This document shows positions 46,639-56,748 of a DNA stretch of 64,000 nucleotides, piece after piece; the first letter of the stretch is position 1; every line of letters starts with the position of its first letter. The DNA is from an uncultured Actinomycetes bacterium. GTDB lineage: Bacteria; Actinomycetota; UBA4738; HRBIN12. The stretch spans positions 106,032-170,031 of the forward strand of contig CAWKKN010000003.1 in assembly GCA_963850315.1 (NCBI GenBank). Direction: 5' to 3'. Below the pieces are notes generated by a model. It searched no databases. It was not told the DNA's origin and saw only the letters and a list, made by a program, of their open reading frames with translations. The translations under genes were made by a program, and so were the position numbers.

Positions 46639-47505
46639 TCAGGGGATGGGCAGCGGGGTCGCGTTCGCGGCGTGGTTCGGCGGCGTGCCCAGCCCGAACC
46701 GCGCATAGAGTCCCGCCAGCAACCCGTAGTGGTCGTAGGAGCCACCGTCCTTGCTCCCCGCCGTCACCCCGGACCCCACCTCCACCATGAGCACGTGCTG
46801 ATGCGATGCGTTCGAGCCCTCGTCGAACGTGACCAGGACGGTCACGTCGGGCTGCGCCAGCAGCTGCGGCACCACGGTCTTAAGCCAGTCGTCCCCCACC
46901 GCTATCGAGCTCCCGCCCCGCGCATCCCCGAACCACGCGGGACAGAGGCCGCCGGACGGCGCGGAGTGCATGTCGTCGCACTGGTTGGGGATGACGAGCG
47001 AGAACCGGGGCAGGTCGGCCGGGTCGAAGGTGTCGCCGGCCATGGGCACGTCGCGCTGCTTGCACGACTCCGTGCTGCGGTACATCCAGGCGGGGTCGTG
47101 GTTCTTCGTGTAGAGCGGCTCCTTCGAGCCCGGGACCTTGCCGTCGCTGCCCTCGCCGCAGGTTCCCGTCATGGACTCGCTGAACTCGCGCCAGTCGATG
47201 CCCGTGGCATCCATGGCCCTGAACAGGTTCGGGCCCCCGGAGCCGCCCGTCGTCAGTCCGCTCGTCATCGCGCGATAGTCGTGAGGGCTGCCGGCCCCGA
47301 CCGCTGCGTAGTCGGTGAACTGCTCTCCCTGCGTCAGCAGCCCGTTGAGATACGGGGCCTGCCGGTTGCCGACGATCCGGTCGTACGTCTTGTTCTCCAG
47401 CACGATCACGACGACTCTGCGGGTGTCGCTCGCCCGCGCCACCGTGGCCGGAACGATCCCCACAGCGGCGACGACCGCCAGCGACACCAGTGGCGCGACC
47501 TTCAT
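46639..47505 (-). CDS. Secreted phosphoesterase-family protein (acid phosphatase / phospholipase C-like, PF04185-type)
   Basis: Signal peptide MKVAPLVSLAVVAAVGIVPATVARA. VVVIVLENKTYD, SPHDY, PNQCDDMH and VTFDEG resemble the phosphoesterase family blocks. Confidence 0.75.
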   Translation of the reverse strand: MKVAPLVSLAVVAAVGIVPATVARASDTRRVVVIVLENKTYDRIVGNRQAPYLNGLLTQGEQFTDYAAVGAGSPHDYRAMTSGLTTGGSGGPNLFRAMDATGIDWREFSESMTGTCGEGSDGKVPGSKEPLYTKNHDPAWMYRSTESCKQRDVPMAGDTFDPADLPRFSLVIPNQCDDMHSAPSGGLCPAWFGDARGGSSIAVGDDWLKTVVPQLLAQPDVTVLVTFDEGSNASHQHVLMVEVGSGVTAGSKDGGSYDHYGLLAGLYARFGLGTPPNHAANATPLPIP

Positions 47506-47536
47506 GGTGCTGCCTCCGGGCTGCCGTCGCGGGGCC

Positions 47537-50500
47537 TCAGTTCGACCAGGACGGCTCGGTCTCGGTCGTGGCCGTGTTCGTGATCGGGTGCGCGCTCGAG
47601 CCGTTGGCGTTGACGACGAAGATCTGGATCTTGCCCCCCGTCGTCGCATTGCTCGAGTAGGTGATCTGCGTGCCGTCCGGCGACCAGGAAGGATGTGTGT
47701 CGTTCTTGGTGTCGGCGACGATCTGCGCGTAGTTGGTGCCCGTGGCGCTCATCGTCTCGACCTGATTCGTGCCCGTCGCCTTCGCCGTGAAGACGATCTT
47801 CGTGCCGTCCGGCGACCAGTCTGGTGCGAGGCATGCGGCGAGGCCTTGCGTCAGCTTGGTCTGGGCGGCACCGGGGGAGGGCGCCATGGCGTAGATCTGT
47901 GCCACGCCCGTGCGTGTGCTCACGAACGCGATCTTCGTGCCGTCCGGCGACCAGCTTGGCGCGTAGGACTCGCTCGTGCCTGAGTCGGTGGTGAGCTGGG
48001 TGACACCGGTCCCGTTGGCGTTCATCACGTACAGGTTCCGGTTCCCCCCGCTGCGCGTGCTCGCGAATGCGAGCTTCGTGCCGTCGGCCGACCACGAGGG
48101 ATCGGTGTTCGCCCCCGCGCCCGAGGTCAGCGGGACGGCATCGGAGCCGTTCGCGTCCATCAGCCAGATGTCCGTCCCGCCGCCACGGGTGCTCACGAAC
48201 GCGATCTGCTGACAGTTCGGCGACCACGCGGGGGTGGAGTCCACGGCGGCGTTGTTGGTGAGGTCGACGGGGTTCGTCCCGTCCGGGTTCATGACGAAGA
48301 CATCGCTGTTGCCGGTGCGGTTGCTGGTGAACAGTATCTTCCCGCACGCCGCCGCCGCAGGAGCGAACGTCGCGGTGACCGACTGAGGGGCGGTCATCGT
48401 CACCTGGCAGTTCCCGGTGCCGGAGCAAGCCCCGCTCCAGCCGCTGAACGCCGAGCCGGCCGAAGGCGTCGCCGACAGGGTCACCAGCGTGCCCTGGTTG
48501 TAGCTGTCCGAGCACGCCGATGGGCAGTTGATGGCGCCCTTGTCGCTCGTGACGGAGCCGTTGCCCGAGCCCGCGAGCGTGACGCTCAGGGCCTGAGAGA
48601 TCGCAGCGAAGTTCGCCGTGACCGCTCGGTCCTGGTTCATCGTTACGAGGCACGGGGACGTGGTCGTTCCGTCACACGGACCGCCGGTCCATCCCGTGAA
48701 CGTCGAGTTCAGGTCCGCAGTGGCGGTCAGGTTCACGCTATCGCCAGGGGTGAAGCTCGCCGCGCACGTGCCGGCACTCGGCGAGGAGCAGTTGATCCCG
48801 CCGTGATCGCTCGCGACGGTCCCGCCGCCCGAGCCGCCGGTTGCCACGCTGAGCTCGTAAGCCGGCGCGAAGGTTGCGCCCGCTCCGTGATCGGAGCTCA
48901 TGATGAGCTGACACACGTTCGTCAGGTTGCCGGCGCAGTCCCCGGTCCATGCATCGAACGTGTAGTTCGCAGCGGGAGTGGCGGTGAGCGTGACGGTGCT
49001 GCCGTTCGCGTAGGTCGCGACGCAGCTCGCCCCGCAGTTGACTCCGCCCGCGTCGCTCGTGATGGTGCCGTTCGAGGGCGGCGTCACAGTCAGCAGATGT
49101 TGGATGAGCGTGAACGTCGCGGTGACGCTCCGAGTCTGGCTCATGGTGACCTGGCAGGTGGTGGCGGTGTCGCACGACGCGCCGTCGCCCCCCCAGCCCG
49201 TGAAGGAGGAGCTGGTGCCCGGAACCTCGGTGAGCACGACGTTGGTACTCGCGGAGAAAGCACCGGAACAGATCCCCGGACAGTTGATCCCCGGGGGATC
49301 GCTGGTGACGGAACCAGTGCCCGTGCCGGCCGCGGAGACCGTCAGCGTCAGGCCCGAGGCGAACGTGGCCGTGAGGTTGCGCGCGACGCTCATCGTGACC
49401 TGACACGTGGTGGCGGTGCCGCACCCCGCGCCGTCGGCACCGCTCCAACCCGTGAACATTGACCCGAGGTTCGGCGTCGCCGTGAGGACGTAGGTCCCGT
49501 TGAGGGCGAGCTTGACGCCCGTACAGGTCGCCGAGCAGTTCACCCCCGGCGGAACGCTCGTCACGACGCCCCCGCCCGTGCCCGCGATCGTGAGGTTCAG
49601 GTTCTTCGGCGTTGCGAACGTTGCGGTGATGCTCCGTGCGGCCGTCATCGACAGTTGGCAGGTGGTGGCGTATCCACAGCTGCCGGCGTCGGGCCCGCTC
49701 CAGCCGAAGAAGACGTTCGTGCCCGTAGGTGTCTCGGTGAGCGTGACCGCAGCGCCCATCGGGAACGCGGCCGAGCACGTTGCTCCGCAGTTGATCCCGC
49801 CCGGGCTGCTGGAGATCGTGCCGTTGCCGCTGCCCGCCTTCGCCACCGTCAGCAGGGCGGTGGGGGCGCTGAAGGTGGCCACCACGTTCCGGCCCTGGCT
49901 CATCGTCACCTGACAGGTGGTCGCGGTTCCGGAGCAGTCGCCGCTCCATCCCGTGAAGTTGTTGCCGGCGGTCGGCGCCGCCGTAAGGGTGACCACTGTC
50001 CCCGTCGCGACATTGGCGGTGCATGTGGTGCCGCAGTTGATCCCGCCGGTATCGCTCGTGACCGACCCGGGTCCGGACTCGGTGACGTTGAGCGTCTGCG
50101 TGCCCGACGGCGGACCGCTCATCCGCGCGTAGTACTGCTGCTTCACGCCGCCCGTCATGGTGTAGACATTCCCGGCGGCGGTATACGTCCACGTGGCCGT
50201 TCCCACTCGCGTGAACTCGCCTCCGGCGTGCAGCGTGGTGCCGTCGTTCCCTGTCAACAGCGTCCATACACCGTTGTAAGCGCAGCAGATGCCCGGGTTC
50301 CACGGCTTGCCGGTCGTCGGATCGATGATCGGGTCGCCGTTCGATGGATCGAGGGCGACGAGGTGTGGACTCAAGTAGCACGTCGTGGGGTCGCTGCCCG
50401 GGTTCTGGTTGTCGTTGCACGTGGGCCCCCCGGGCTTCTGGGTCCAGTCGAAGTGCCCGCCGATGATGAGGCTTCCCTGGTACCACGTGATGGCCTGGCT

Positions 50501-51457
50501 GGAACCCGACGTGTCTTCCTTCCAGACCTGATGGCCGGTCGCGAAGTCGTAGGCAGCCGTGAAGTCGTTGCCGCCGGCGGCGAGGTAGACGGTCGAGTTG
50601 CGCACGATGACGCTGATGCCGAACGCCGCGCTTCCGCTGGGAGCGTTCCCCAACGGCAGGTTGGTCGGCGCCCAGGTGAGGAGGTTGCCGGTGGTCGCGT
50701 TCACCTCAACCACGGCCTTGACCTGGTGGGTGCCATTGGCGTCGTTCATCGTGTCGCACTGGCAGGTAGCGACCAGGGTGTTGCCGACGATCTGGATGTC
50801 GCGGAACTGAGGGATGGTCGTGTGGGCGCGGATGTTGGGGTCCGTGAAGGCCTGGGGCGCCACGTACCCGGGGGTCGCGGAGCCGCTCAGGGTGAACGAG
50901 TTCAATTTCTGGGCACCCACGTAGATCGCGTTGGAGGTGGCGAGGATGGAGTTCGCGTTGCCGCCTGCGGGCGCGAAGGACTGGAGGGCGCCCGTCGTGG
51001 GATCGATGGCGGCCGCTCCGTGTCGCGTGGAGCCGTCGACGGCGTTGAAGTCTCCGGCGAAGTAGAGCTTCCCGTCCGGGCCGAGCGAAAGGTCGTACAC
51101 GGTGGACTCGCCGGTGGACAGCGTCACCTGTGGGAGGTGGATCCCCGTCGCGAACGCGCCGGTCGTGGCGTTGAAGACCGCAAGATCGCTCGCGCTCTGG
51201 ATGAGGCTCCCGTTGGCGTCGAGGATCTGGTTGAAGTCCCCACCGACCCAGACGAGGTTCCCCACCTGGGCGATCGCCCGCACCGAGACCGTGGCCAGTG
51301 CTGAGGTCCCGCCCACCATGGCGGTGTCGTCGGGCGCCGTGTTCGGCAACGTGGCTGCCTGAGCGAGTCCGGCGGTGACGAGGATCGCCATACCCACCGC
51401 AACGGGAAGCAGGACGCGCCGACGCACGCGGTTCGACCTGGTCGATCCGAACGACAA
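47537..51457 (-). CDS. 1306-aa exported multidomain protein: N-terminal beta-propeller, 7 divergent InlB-type B-repeats, C-terminal TolB-like PD40 beta-propeller
   Basis: TTG start 7 nt after GGAGG. Signal RVRRRVLLPVAVGMAILVTAGLAQA. Propeller-like aa 40-450. Repeats of the type LTV..AGSG.G.VTS.P.GINCG..C.A.F..G..VTLTA.P..G..F.GWSG.C.G...C.VTM....VTATF. The C-terminus has SWSPDGTKIAF-type PD40 blades. Confidence 0.9.
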   Translation of the reverse strand: MSFGSTRSNRVRRRVLLPVAVGMAILVTAGLAQAATLPNTAPDDTAMVGGTSALATVSVRAIAQVGNLVWVGGDFNQILDANGSLIQSASDLAVFNATTGAFATGIHLPQVTLSTGESTVYDLSLGPDGKLYFAGDFNAVDGSTRHGAAAIDPTTGALQSFAPAGGNANSILATSNAIYVGAQKLNSFTLSGSATPGYVAPQAFTDPNIRAHTTIPQFRDIQIVGNTLVATCQCDTMNDANGTHQVKAVVEVNATTGNLLTWAPTNLPLGNAPSGSAAFGISVIVRNSTVYLAAGGNDFTAAYDFATGHQVWKEDTSGSSQAITWYQGSLIIGGHFDWTQKPGGPTCNDNQNPGSDPTTCYLSPHLVALDPSNGDPIIDPTTGKPWNPGICCAYNGVWTLLTGNDGTTLHAGGEFTRVGTATWTYTAAGNVYTMTGGVKQQYYARMSGPPSGTQTLNVTESGPGSVTSDTGGINCGTTCTANVATGTVVTLTAAPTAGNNFTGWSGDCSGTATTCQVTMSQGRNVVATFSAPTALLTVAKAGSGNGTISSSPGGINCGATCSAAFPMGAAVTLTETPTGTNVFFGWSGPDAGSCGYATTCQLSMTAARSITATFATPKNLNLTIAGTGGGVVTSVPPGVNCSATCTGVKLALNGTYVLTATPNLGSMFTGWSGADGAGCGTATTCQVTMSVARNLTATFASGLTLTVSAAGTGTGSVTSDPPGINCPGICSGAFSASTNVVLTEVPGTSSSFTGWGGDGASCDTATTCQVTMSQTRSVTATFTLIQHLLTVTPPSNGTITSDAGGVNCGASCVATYANGSTVTLTATPAANYTFDAWTGDCAGNLTNVCQLIMSSDHGAGATFAPAYELSVATGGSGGGTVASDHGGINCSSPSAGTCAASFTPGDSVNLTATADLNSTFTGWTGGPCDGTTTSPCLVTMNQDRAVTANFAAISQALSVTLAGSGNGSVTSDKGAINCPSACSDSYNQGTLVTLSATPSAGSAFSGWSGACSGTGNCQVTMTAPQSVTATFAPAAAACGKILFTSNRTGNSDVFVMNPDGTNPVDLTNNAAVDSTPAWSPNCQQIAFVSTRGGGTDIWLMDANGSDAVPLTSGAGANTDPSWSADGTKLAFASTRSGGNRNLYVMNANGTGVTQLTTDSGTSESYAPSWSPDGTKIAFVSTRTGVAQIYAMAPSPGAAQTKLTQGLAACLAPDWSPDGTKIVFTAKATGTNQVETMSATGTNYAQIVADTKNDTHPSWSPDGTQITYSSNATTGGKIQIFVVNANGSSAHPITNTATTETEPSWSN
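48362..50101 (-). repeat. Seven in-frame tandem repeats of about 83 codons inside the giant gene (divergent InlB B-repeat domains)
   Basis: Counted from the translation (aa 453-1032). Each unit keeps two Cys pairs (INCG..C and C...C.VTM) and ends in ATF(A/S/T). The units are diverged at the DNA level. Confidence 0.85.
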
Positions 51458-51653
51458 GGAGGTACCTCCTGGGCCCCCGCGGCCCGTCGGGTGAAGGACC
51501 TACGGCGCCAAGCGTTGTACCTTGGCCGAACGGCCCTCGTCAACCACCCGAGCGTGAGTTAGGTCCTTCGACCCGAGCCTCCGACGTTCGACCGAGGTCA
51601 TTCGCCGGGACATCGCTCGTCTCTCTTCAGCATCCGGCCTCCGACCGCCGGGG

Positions 51654-53111
51654 TCATACCCCGGTCTCAGCCACGATGCGACCGCTCTCGATGGCGGAGA
51701 GCAGCGCCGCGTAGTCCTGCTGGTTGCGGTCCGCGTAGCTGACGGAGAAGTCGGCGAGGGCGCGATCGAAGACATCGGACTTGCCGAGGTAGGCTCCGAT
51801 CGCGACCCGGTCCCCGGAGCGAGCGTGGGCGCGTGCGAGCGTCCAGCCGCACATGCGCGCGTAGATGCTGAGCCCGCTCGGCAGCATGGAATCGACCTCG
51901 AACGAGCCCTTCCAGTCCCGAAGCTGCCGGACGTAGAAGTCGCGCTCGACGCCGTCGATCCCGGCGAAGCGATCCCATCCCACGAAGATGTCGGTGGCGG
52001 CCTGCATGAGCCGTTGCCCGGCGATGGCCCGCTGCCCATGGTTGGCATAGGCGCTCTTGCCCACGAAGCGCTCCAGCACGGACTCTTGGGCCTCCTTGAT
52101 CTGCAAGAACAGCGGATCCTGGGCGTCGCGGCCCAGGAGCAAGGCGATCCAGGCGCGCGTGCCGACGCTTCCGACGCCCACCACCTTGCGGGCCACCTCG
52201 ATCACCCGGAACTGCTCAAGGAGGTAGCGGCGGTCGGTCTCGAGCGTCCGCCGGTACGAGCGCAGGATGCTGTGCAGCCGCTCGGTCAGCTGAGCCCGTT
52301 CCACGTCGGGCAGCAGCTCCTGGAGAGGGACGATCAACGGCGGCTGGCTCACGATCCTGGGGATGCCGCCGTCCTCGGTGGTGAGCTTCGTGAGGACCTG
52401 ATAGCTATCGCGGGTGCGGATCTTCGCAAGACCCTTCTCCACCGACTTGATACGGGAGGGATCGAGCTGGGAGCCCAGCTGTTTGAAGGCCTCATCCAGA
52501 TCGAGGTGGCTGTACCAGACGTCCAGGGTCGGCTTGGCGGCGAAGTCGCGCATCGCGGTCCGGTAGGCGCTCACCGCCGCGAGGACGATCGAGCGCCGCA
52601 CGCCGTCGTCGAACTCGAGGTCGCGGCCGGCGATCTCCAGGCTCGCGGTGAGGCGCTTCACGTCCCACTCCCACGGCCCGGGGAGGGTCTCGTCGAAGTC
52701 GTTGATGTCGAACACCAGGTGGCGTTCGGGCGAGCCGAAGGCGCCGAAGTTGGACAGGTGGGCGTCTCCGCAGACCTGCGCGTGCAGACCCGAGGTCGGC
52801 GTCGCCGCAAGGTCCGATGCCATGACGAGTGCAGCGCCCCGATAGAACGCGAAGGCCGACACGCTCATCCGCCCGTAGCGGATCGGCACCAGCTCCGGCA
52901 CGCGCGAGCCGGCCTGCTCCTCCAGCAGCGCGATCGGATCGGGGCGCTGTTCGGACGGCTCGAACGTTCCGTGGCTCGACCGCGGTACCTCCGAACGCGC
53001 CGCCTTGCCGCGCGCGACGCGCTCCGCGGGACTGAGGTGCGCCACCTTCACCGAGCCTCGATACCTGCGTCCGCGCTCACTGAGATCGCCCACGGGGCTC
53101 CCCTCCATCAC
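51654..53111 (-). CDS. DUF2252-family protein
   Basis: 485 aa. IRYGRMSVSAFAFYRGAA, VCGDAHLSNFG, LVFDINDFDET and WDVKRL are the characteristic DUF2252 blocks. Confidence 0.88.
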   Translation of the reverse strand: MMEGSPVGDLSERGRRYRGSVKVAHLSPAERVARGKAARSEVPRSSHGTFEPSEQRPDPIALLEEQAGSRVPELVPIRYGRMSVSAFAFYRGAALVMASDLAATPTSGLHAQVCGDAHLSNFGAFGSPERHLVFDINDFDETLPGPWEWDVKRLTASLEIAGRDLEFDDGVRRSIVLAAVSAYRTAMRDFAAKPTLDVWYSHLDLDEAFKQLGSQLDPSRIKSVEKGLAKIRTRDSYQVLTKLTTEDGGIPRIVSQPPLIVPLQELLPDVERAQLTERLHSILRSYRRTLETDRRYLLEQFRVIEVARKVVGVGSVGTRAWIALLLGRDAQDPLFLQIKEAQESVLERFVGKSAYANHGQRAIAGQRLMQAATDIFVGWDRFAGIDGVERDFYVRQLRDWKGSFEVDSMLPSGLSIYARMCGWTLARAHARSGDRVAIGAYLGKSDVFDRALADFSVSYADRNQQDYAALLSAIESGRIVAETGV

Positions 53112-53159
53112 ATCGTCATCCTTCAGCCGTGGACAACCCCGGCCCGAAGCTACTTCGTT

Positions 53160-53411
53160 CTACGTCCGGGGCAGCAGGACGGGCGCCTGATGCTCCCCGG
53201 TATCGACCACGCCGTCGAGGCCCGCCTGCACCAACAGGGTCGCGTCGCCCGTTTCGAGCACACCGTCAGAGGGATCCGGACCCTCGACCAGCTCGAAACG
53301 CACGCCGGCGCCGTCGCGTGAGAGCCGGATCTGTGCGTCCGGGCTGAAGCGCCGCGCAGCGCTCAGCGCCTGGCTCACCGCGGCCGCGGCGCGCTCCGTC
53401 AGCTCGATCAC
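53160..53411 (-). CDS. Small HesB/IscA-like fold protein without the conserved cysteines
   Basis: 83 aa with a GTG start overlapping the upstream stop (GTGA). VIELTERAAAAVSQAL..IRLSRDGAGVRFELVEGPDPSDGVLETGDATLLVQAGL follows the IscA-type layout. Confidence 0.5.
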   Translation of the reverse strand: MIELTERAAAAVSQALSAARRFSPDAQIRLSRDGAGVRFELVEGPDPSDGVLETGDATLLVQAGLDGVVDTGEHQAPVLLPRT

Positions 53412-55023
53412 GGGCGACGACCTTTCTGATCCCTCAGGATCTTGTGCGACGCGACGTAACCGGGTGCTCCCGTGACGCCGCCGCCGGGGTGCACGCCGGC
53501 CCCGCAGAGGTAGAGGCCCTCGACGGGGGTCCGGTAGTCGGACCATCCCGGCACGGGCCGCATGAAGAAGAGCTGCTCGATGTTGAGGTCGCCGTGGAAG
53601 ATGTTGCCCTCGGTGAGCCCGTAGGTGCGCTCGAGATCCAGCGGCGTGACAGGACGTGCATCGCCGTCACCGCGCCCGGAACGTTGGGCGCGTACTCGGC
53701 CACCTTCTCGAGGACGCGCTGCGCCCAGCAGCTCGCGGTTCTCGTCCCACGTGCCCTCGCGAAGCGCGTAGGGCACGTACTGCACGAAGCACGTCATGAC
53801 GTGCGTGCCCTCGGGTGCGAGCGAGGGGTCGACGTTGGACGCCACCACGCAGTCGACCCACAGGTCCTCGGGGATCTCGCCCCACTTCGCGACGTCGTAC
53901 ATCCGCTCCGCGCCCTCGAGCGTCGGGACGAGCGTGGCGAGCGAGCGCCGGTTCGGATCGGCGTCGGCGGGCATGCCCGTGAACCGCGGCTCCTCGGACA
54001 GCGCCAGGTTCACCTTCGCGCACGGGCCCGCCATCTTGATGCCCTCCACCGAGAGGCGGAAGTCCTCGGGGAGGTCGCTCGGCGTCCACAGGCTCAGGAA
54101 CGTGCGCTTCGGGTCGGCGTTGGAGACGACGATGCGCGCGCTGAGCTCGGTGCCGTCCTCGAGCGCGACGCCCGTCGCGCGGCCGTTCGAGGTGAGGATC
54201 TTCGCGACCGGTGACGTCGGTGCGGATCTCCGCGCCGTGCTCACGCGCCGCGTCCGCCATCGCCTGCGTGATGGCGCCCATGCCGCCCATCACGTGCCCG
54301 TAGAAGCCCTGGACGTCGTCGTCCCCGCCCGACAGCAGGTGGAACATCAGGCCGATCGCGGTGCCGGGCCGGTAGGGCGGCGAGTGCATCCCGTAGACGT
54401 TGTTGGCCAGGTACATCCGCTTGATGTACTCGGACTCGAAGTTGCGATCGAGGAACTCGCCGAGCGATCCGGTGAGGAACGAGGCGAGGTCGGTGACGTC
54501 GTCGCCCTGGATCTTGCCGGAAGCGCTTCAGCAGCCGCCGCCCCTCGACGAGGCTTGCGCCCAGCCCCGCGCGTGCACGTTCGGCGGCTCCTCCAGGAAG
54601 AACGGCTGGAGGTAGCGCGCGAGACTGCGCAGGCGCCGGTCCACGTCGTCGAACGTCTTCGCGTCCGAGGGTGAGATGCGGCGACCACTCCGCCGACCGT
54701 GCGCTCGTGCTCGGTCCACCAGGGGATCACCGTGCCGTCCTCGAAGACCGACTGGAGGCCCGGCTCGCAGGGCACCATCGTGAGCCCGCGGCGGCCGAGC
54801 TCGAGGTCGCGGATCACCTCGGGGCGCAGCATCGACGCGATGTAGGAGGTCGTGGAGGCGCGCACGCCCGGCGCGATCTCCTCCGTCACGCATGCGCCGC
54901 CGACGATCTCCCGCCGCTCGAGCACGAGCGTCCGCAGGCCGCCCGCGCGCCAGGTAGGCGGCGGCGGTGAGCCCATTGTGGCCCCCCGCCGACACGATCG
55001 CGTCGTACCGGGTATCGCATCAT
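53408..55023 (-). pseudogene. Phytoene-desaturase-family (CrtI-like) NAD(P)/FAD-dependent oxidoreductase, with at least five frameshifts
   Basis: YDAIVSAGGHNGLTAAAYLARAG dinucleotide motif, ..LVLERREIVGGAC.., FYGHVMGGMGAITQAMADAA.., and C-terminal ..GNIFHGDL..GLYLCGAGVHPGGGVTGAPG. The pieces are spread over all three minus frames (ORFs 54528-54995, 54347-54976, 53667-54416, 53408-54244). Confidence 0.75.
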
Positions 55024-55076
55024 CGTCTGGCTCCTCGGCTGCGGTCGTCTGACCGTCCTCTCAACGTGTCGCCGTC

Positions 55077-56292
55077 CTAGTGTGTGCCCGCCGACGCGGC
55101 GTCCGGCACCATGCGGTCGCGGCGCGAACCGATCGGGGCCGAAGGGCGCGATCAGCTCCGGCGTGCGGCCGGTGGCGATCAGCTCGGCCATCGTGCGGCC
55201 GAAGATCGGCGAACCCTTGAACCCCCACGTGCCCATCCCGGCCATCAGGTAGAAGCGTGCAACCTCGGACTCGCCGAGCAGCGGTGAGGAGTCCGGCGTC
55301 ATGTCGCACAGCCCCGTCCATTGCCGCATCGCGCGCGCCTTCGCCATGAACGGCAGGATCTGGATGCAGCGCTTCGACGCCTCCGCGAGGAACTCGAAGG
55401 TCGAGCGGGTCGAGTAGGTGTTGTACGGAAGGATCTCCGCGCCGGCGAGCAGCTCGCCGCGCGCGGTCTGCGAGACGTAGATGTAGAGGTCCATCGAGCT
55501 GACGAGGCCGTTCAGCGCGTGCGCGTACGGCTCGGTGACGAACGCCTGCAGCGGATGGGTGCTGATGGGGAGCCGGAGCCCCGCCATCTCGGCCACGACG
55601 CTCGTGTGGCCGGCCACGGCGCTCACGACCGAGCTCCGCGCGAGACACGGGCCCGGCGTCGGTCGTCACGCCGGTGCACGTGCCGTCGTGCACGTCGACG
55701 CCGGTGACCGCGACCCCTTCGTGGATCTCCACGCCGCGGCGCTGCGCCGCGGAGGCGAACCCCCACACGACCGAGTCGTGACGCGCGATCGAGCCCGGCG
55801 GGTGGAACGAGGCGCCGAGCACCGGCAGCTCGCCCCCGCCGGTCACGTCCACCAGCGGGCAGCGCTTGCGCACCTCGTCGACGCGTGAGGATGTCGGTCG
55901 TGACGCCGTAGGCGCGGTTCAGCAGCGACTTGTCGCGCTCCACCTCCAGCGCGTCGACCGTGTGCACGAGGTCCAGCTCGCCCTGCGTGCTGAACAGGAT
56001 GTTGAAGTCGAGCTCCGGCGGAGAGCGTGCGCCAGATCGCCAGGGCGCCTTGTAGAGCGGCACGTTCTCCGGTGTGTTGTAGTTCGCGCGGACCACCTGC
56101 GTGTTCCGCCCCGATCCGCCGGCTCCGATGTACGCGCGCTCGAACACGGCGACGTTCGGTGATGCCGTGGTTGGCGGCGAGGTTGTACGCGAGCGACAGG
56201 CCGTTCACGCCGCCGCCGACGATGACCACGTCGTAGCGCGGCCGGACCTCGTCCCGGCGCAGGAACGTCCGCGCGCGGAGGAGGCCCGTCAC
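55077..56292 (-). pseudogene. soxB: Sarcosine oxidase beta subunit-like FAD oxidoreductase, with at least four frameshifts
   Basis: YDVVIVGGGVNGLSLAYNLA, GGSGRNTQVVRANY, HPPGSIARHDSVVWGFA, ..LCDMTPDSSPLLGE..MGTWGFKGSPI, recovered from ORFs 55843-56292, 55623-56147, 55061-55873 and 54886-55626. The GTG start overlaps the upstream stop. Confidence 0.8.
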
Positions 56293-56745
56293 GGCGTCGT
56301 CTCCGAGGCCTCACGGATCTGCAGGGGCCTGCATCGCTCCAGCACACGGTCGTGCGAGGAGGCGCCCCACATCGCGGGGACGAGGAGGTGCACCAGGTCC
56401 GTCGGCGACGATCACCCGCACCGGCACGTGTGCGACGTCTCCCTGCGAGAAGCCCTCCTCCGGAAGCTCGAGCCGCGACAGGTAGGTGAACGCCCGCGCG
56501 TCGCATCTCCGCGGAGCGACCAGACCGGCCCAGCCGTCGGAGGCGTCCAGACCACGGCGTCGGGGTCGGCGACGTGGCGATCTCCGCCGCGAGGCGGCGC
56601 GAGCGCCGTCTCGACCGTATCCGGCTCGCCGACCAGCATCAGCCTCGTCGGGGGCGACGCGGTAGCGCGCCCTGGCCGCCGCCATGGCGGCGTCGATCGC
56701 GCTGGCGCTCGCCACGCCGGTGACGACGCAGGCCTCGTCCGGAGC
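56289..56745 (-). pseudogene. soxG: Sarcosine oxidase gamma subunit-like, frameshifted, boundaries approximate
   Basis: Assigned from its position between the soxA stop (56749) and the soxB start, plus fragments such as ..PDE.LMLVGEPDTVETALA.. and ..AFTYLSRLELPEEGFSQGDVAHVPVRVIV.. Weak by-eye similarity only. Confidence 0.5.
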
Positions 56746-56748
56746 AGC

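Noticed and set aside
48362-50101. Tandem DNA repeats as a CRISPR array or non-coding satellite
   Set aside because: The units are about 250 bp, contiguous without spacers, and in frame. They translate into seven conserved Cys-containing protein domains within one intact ORF.
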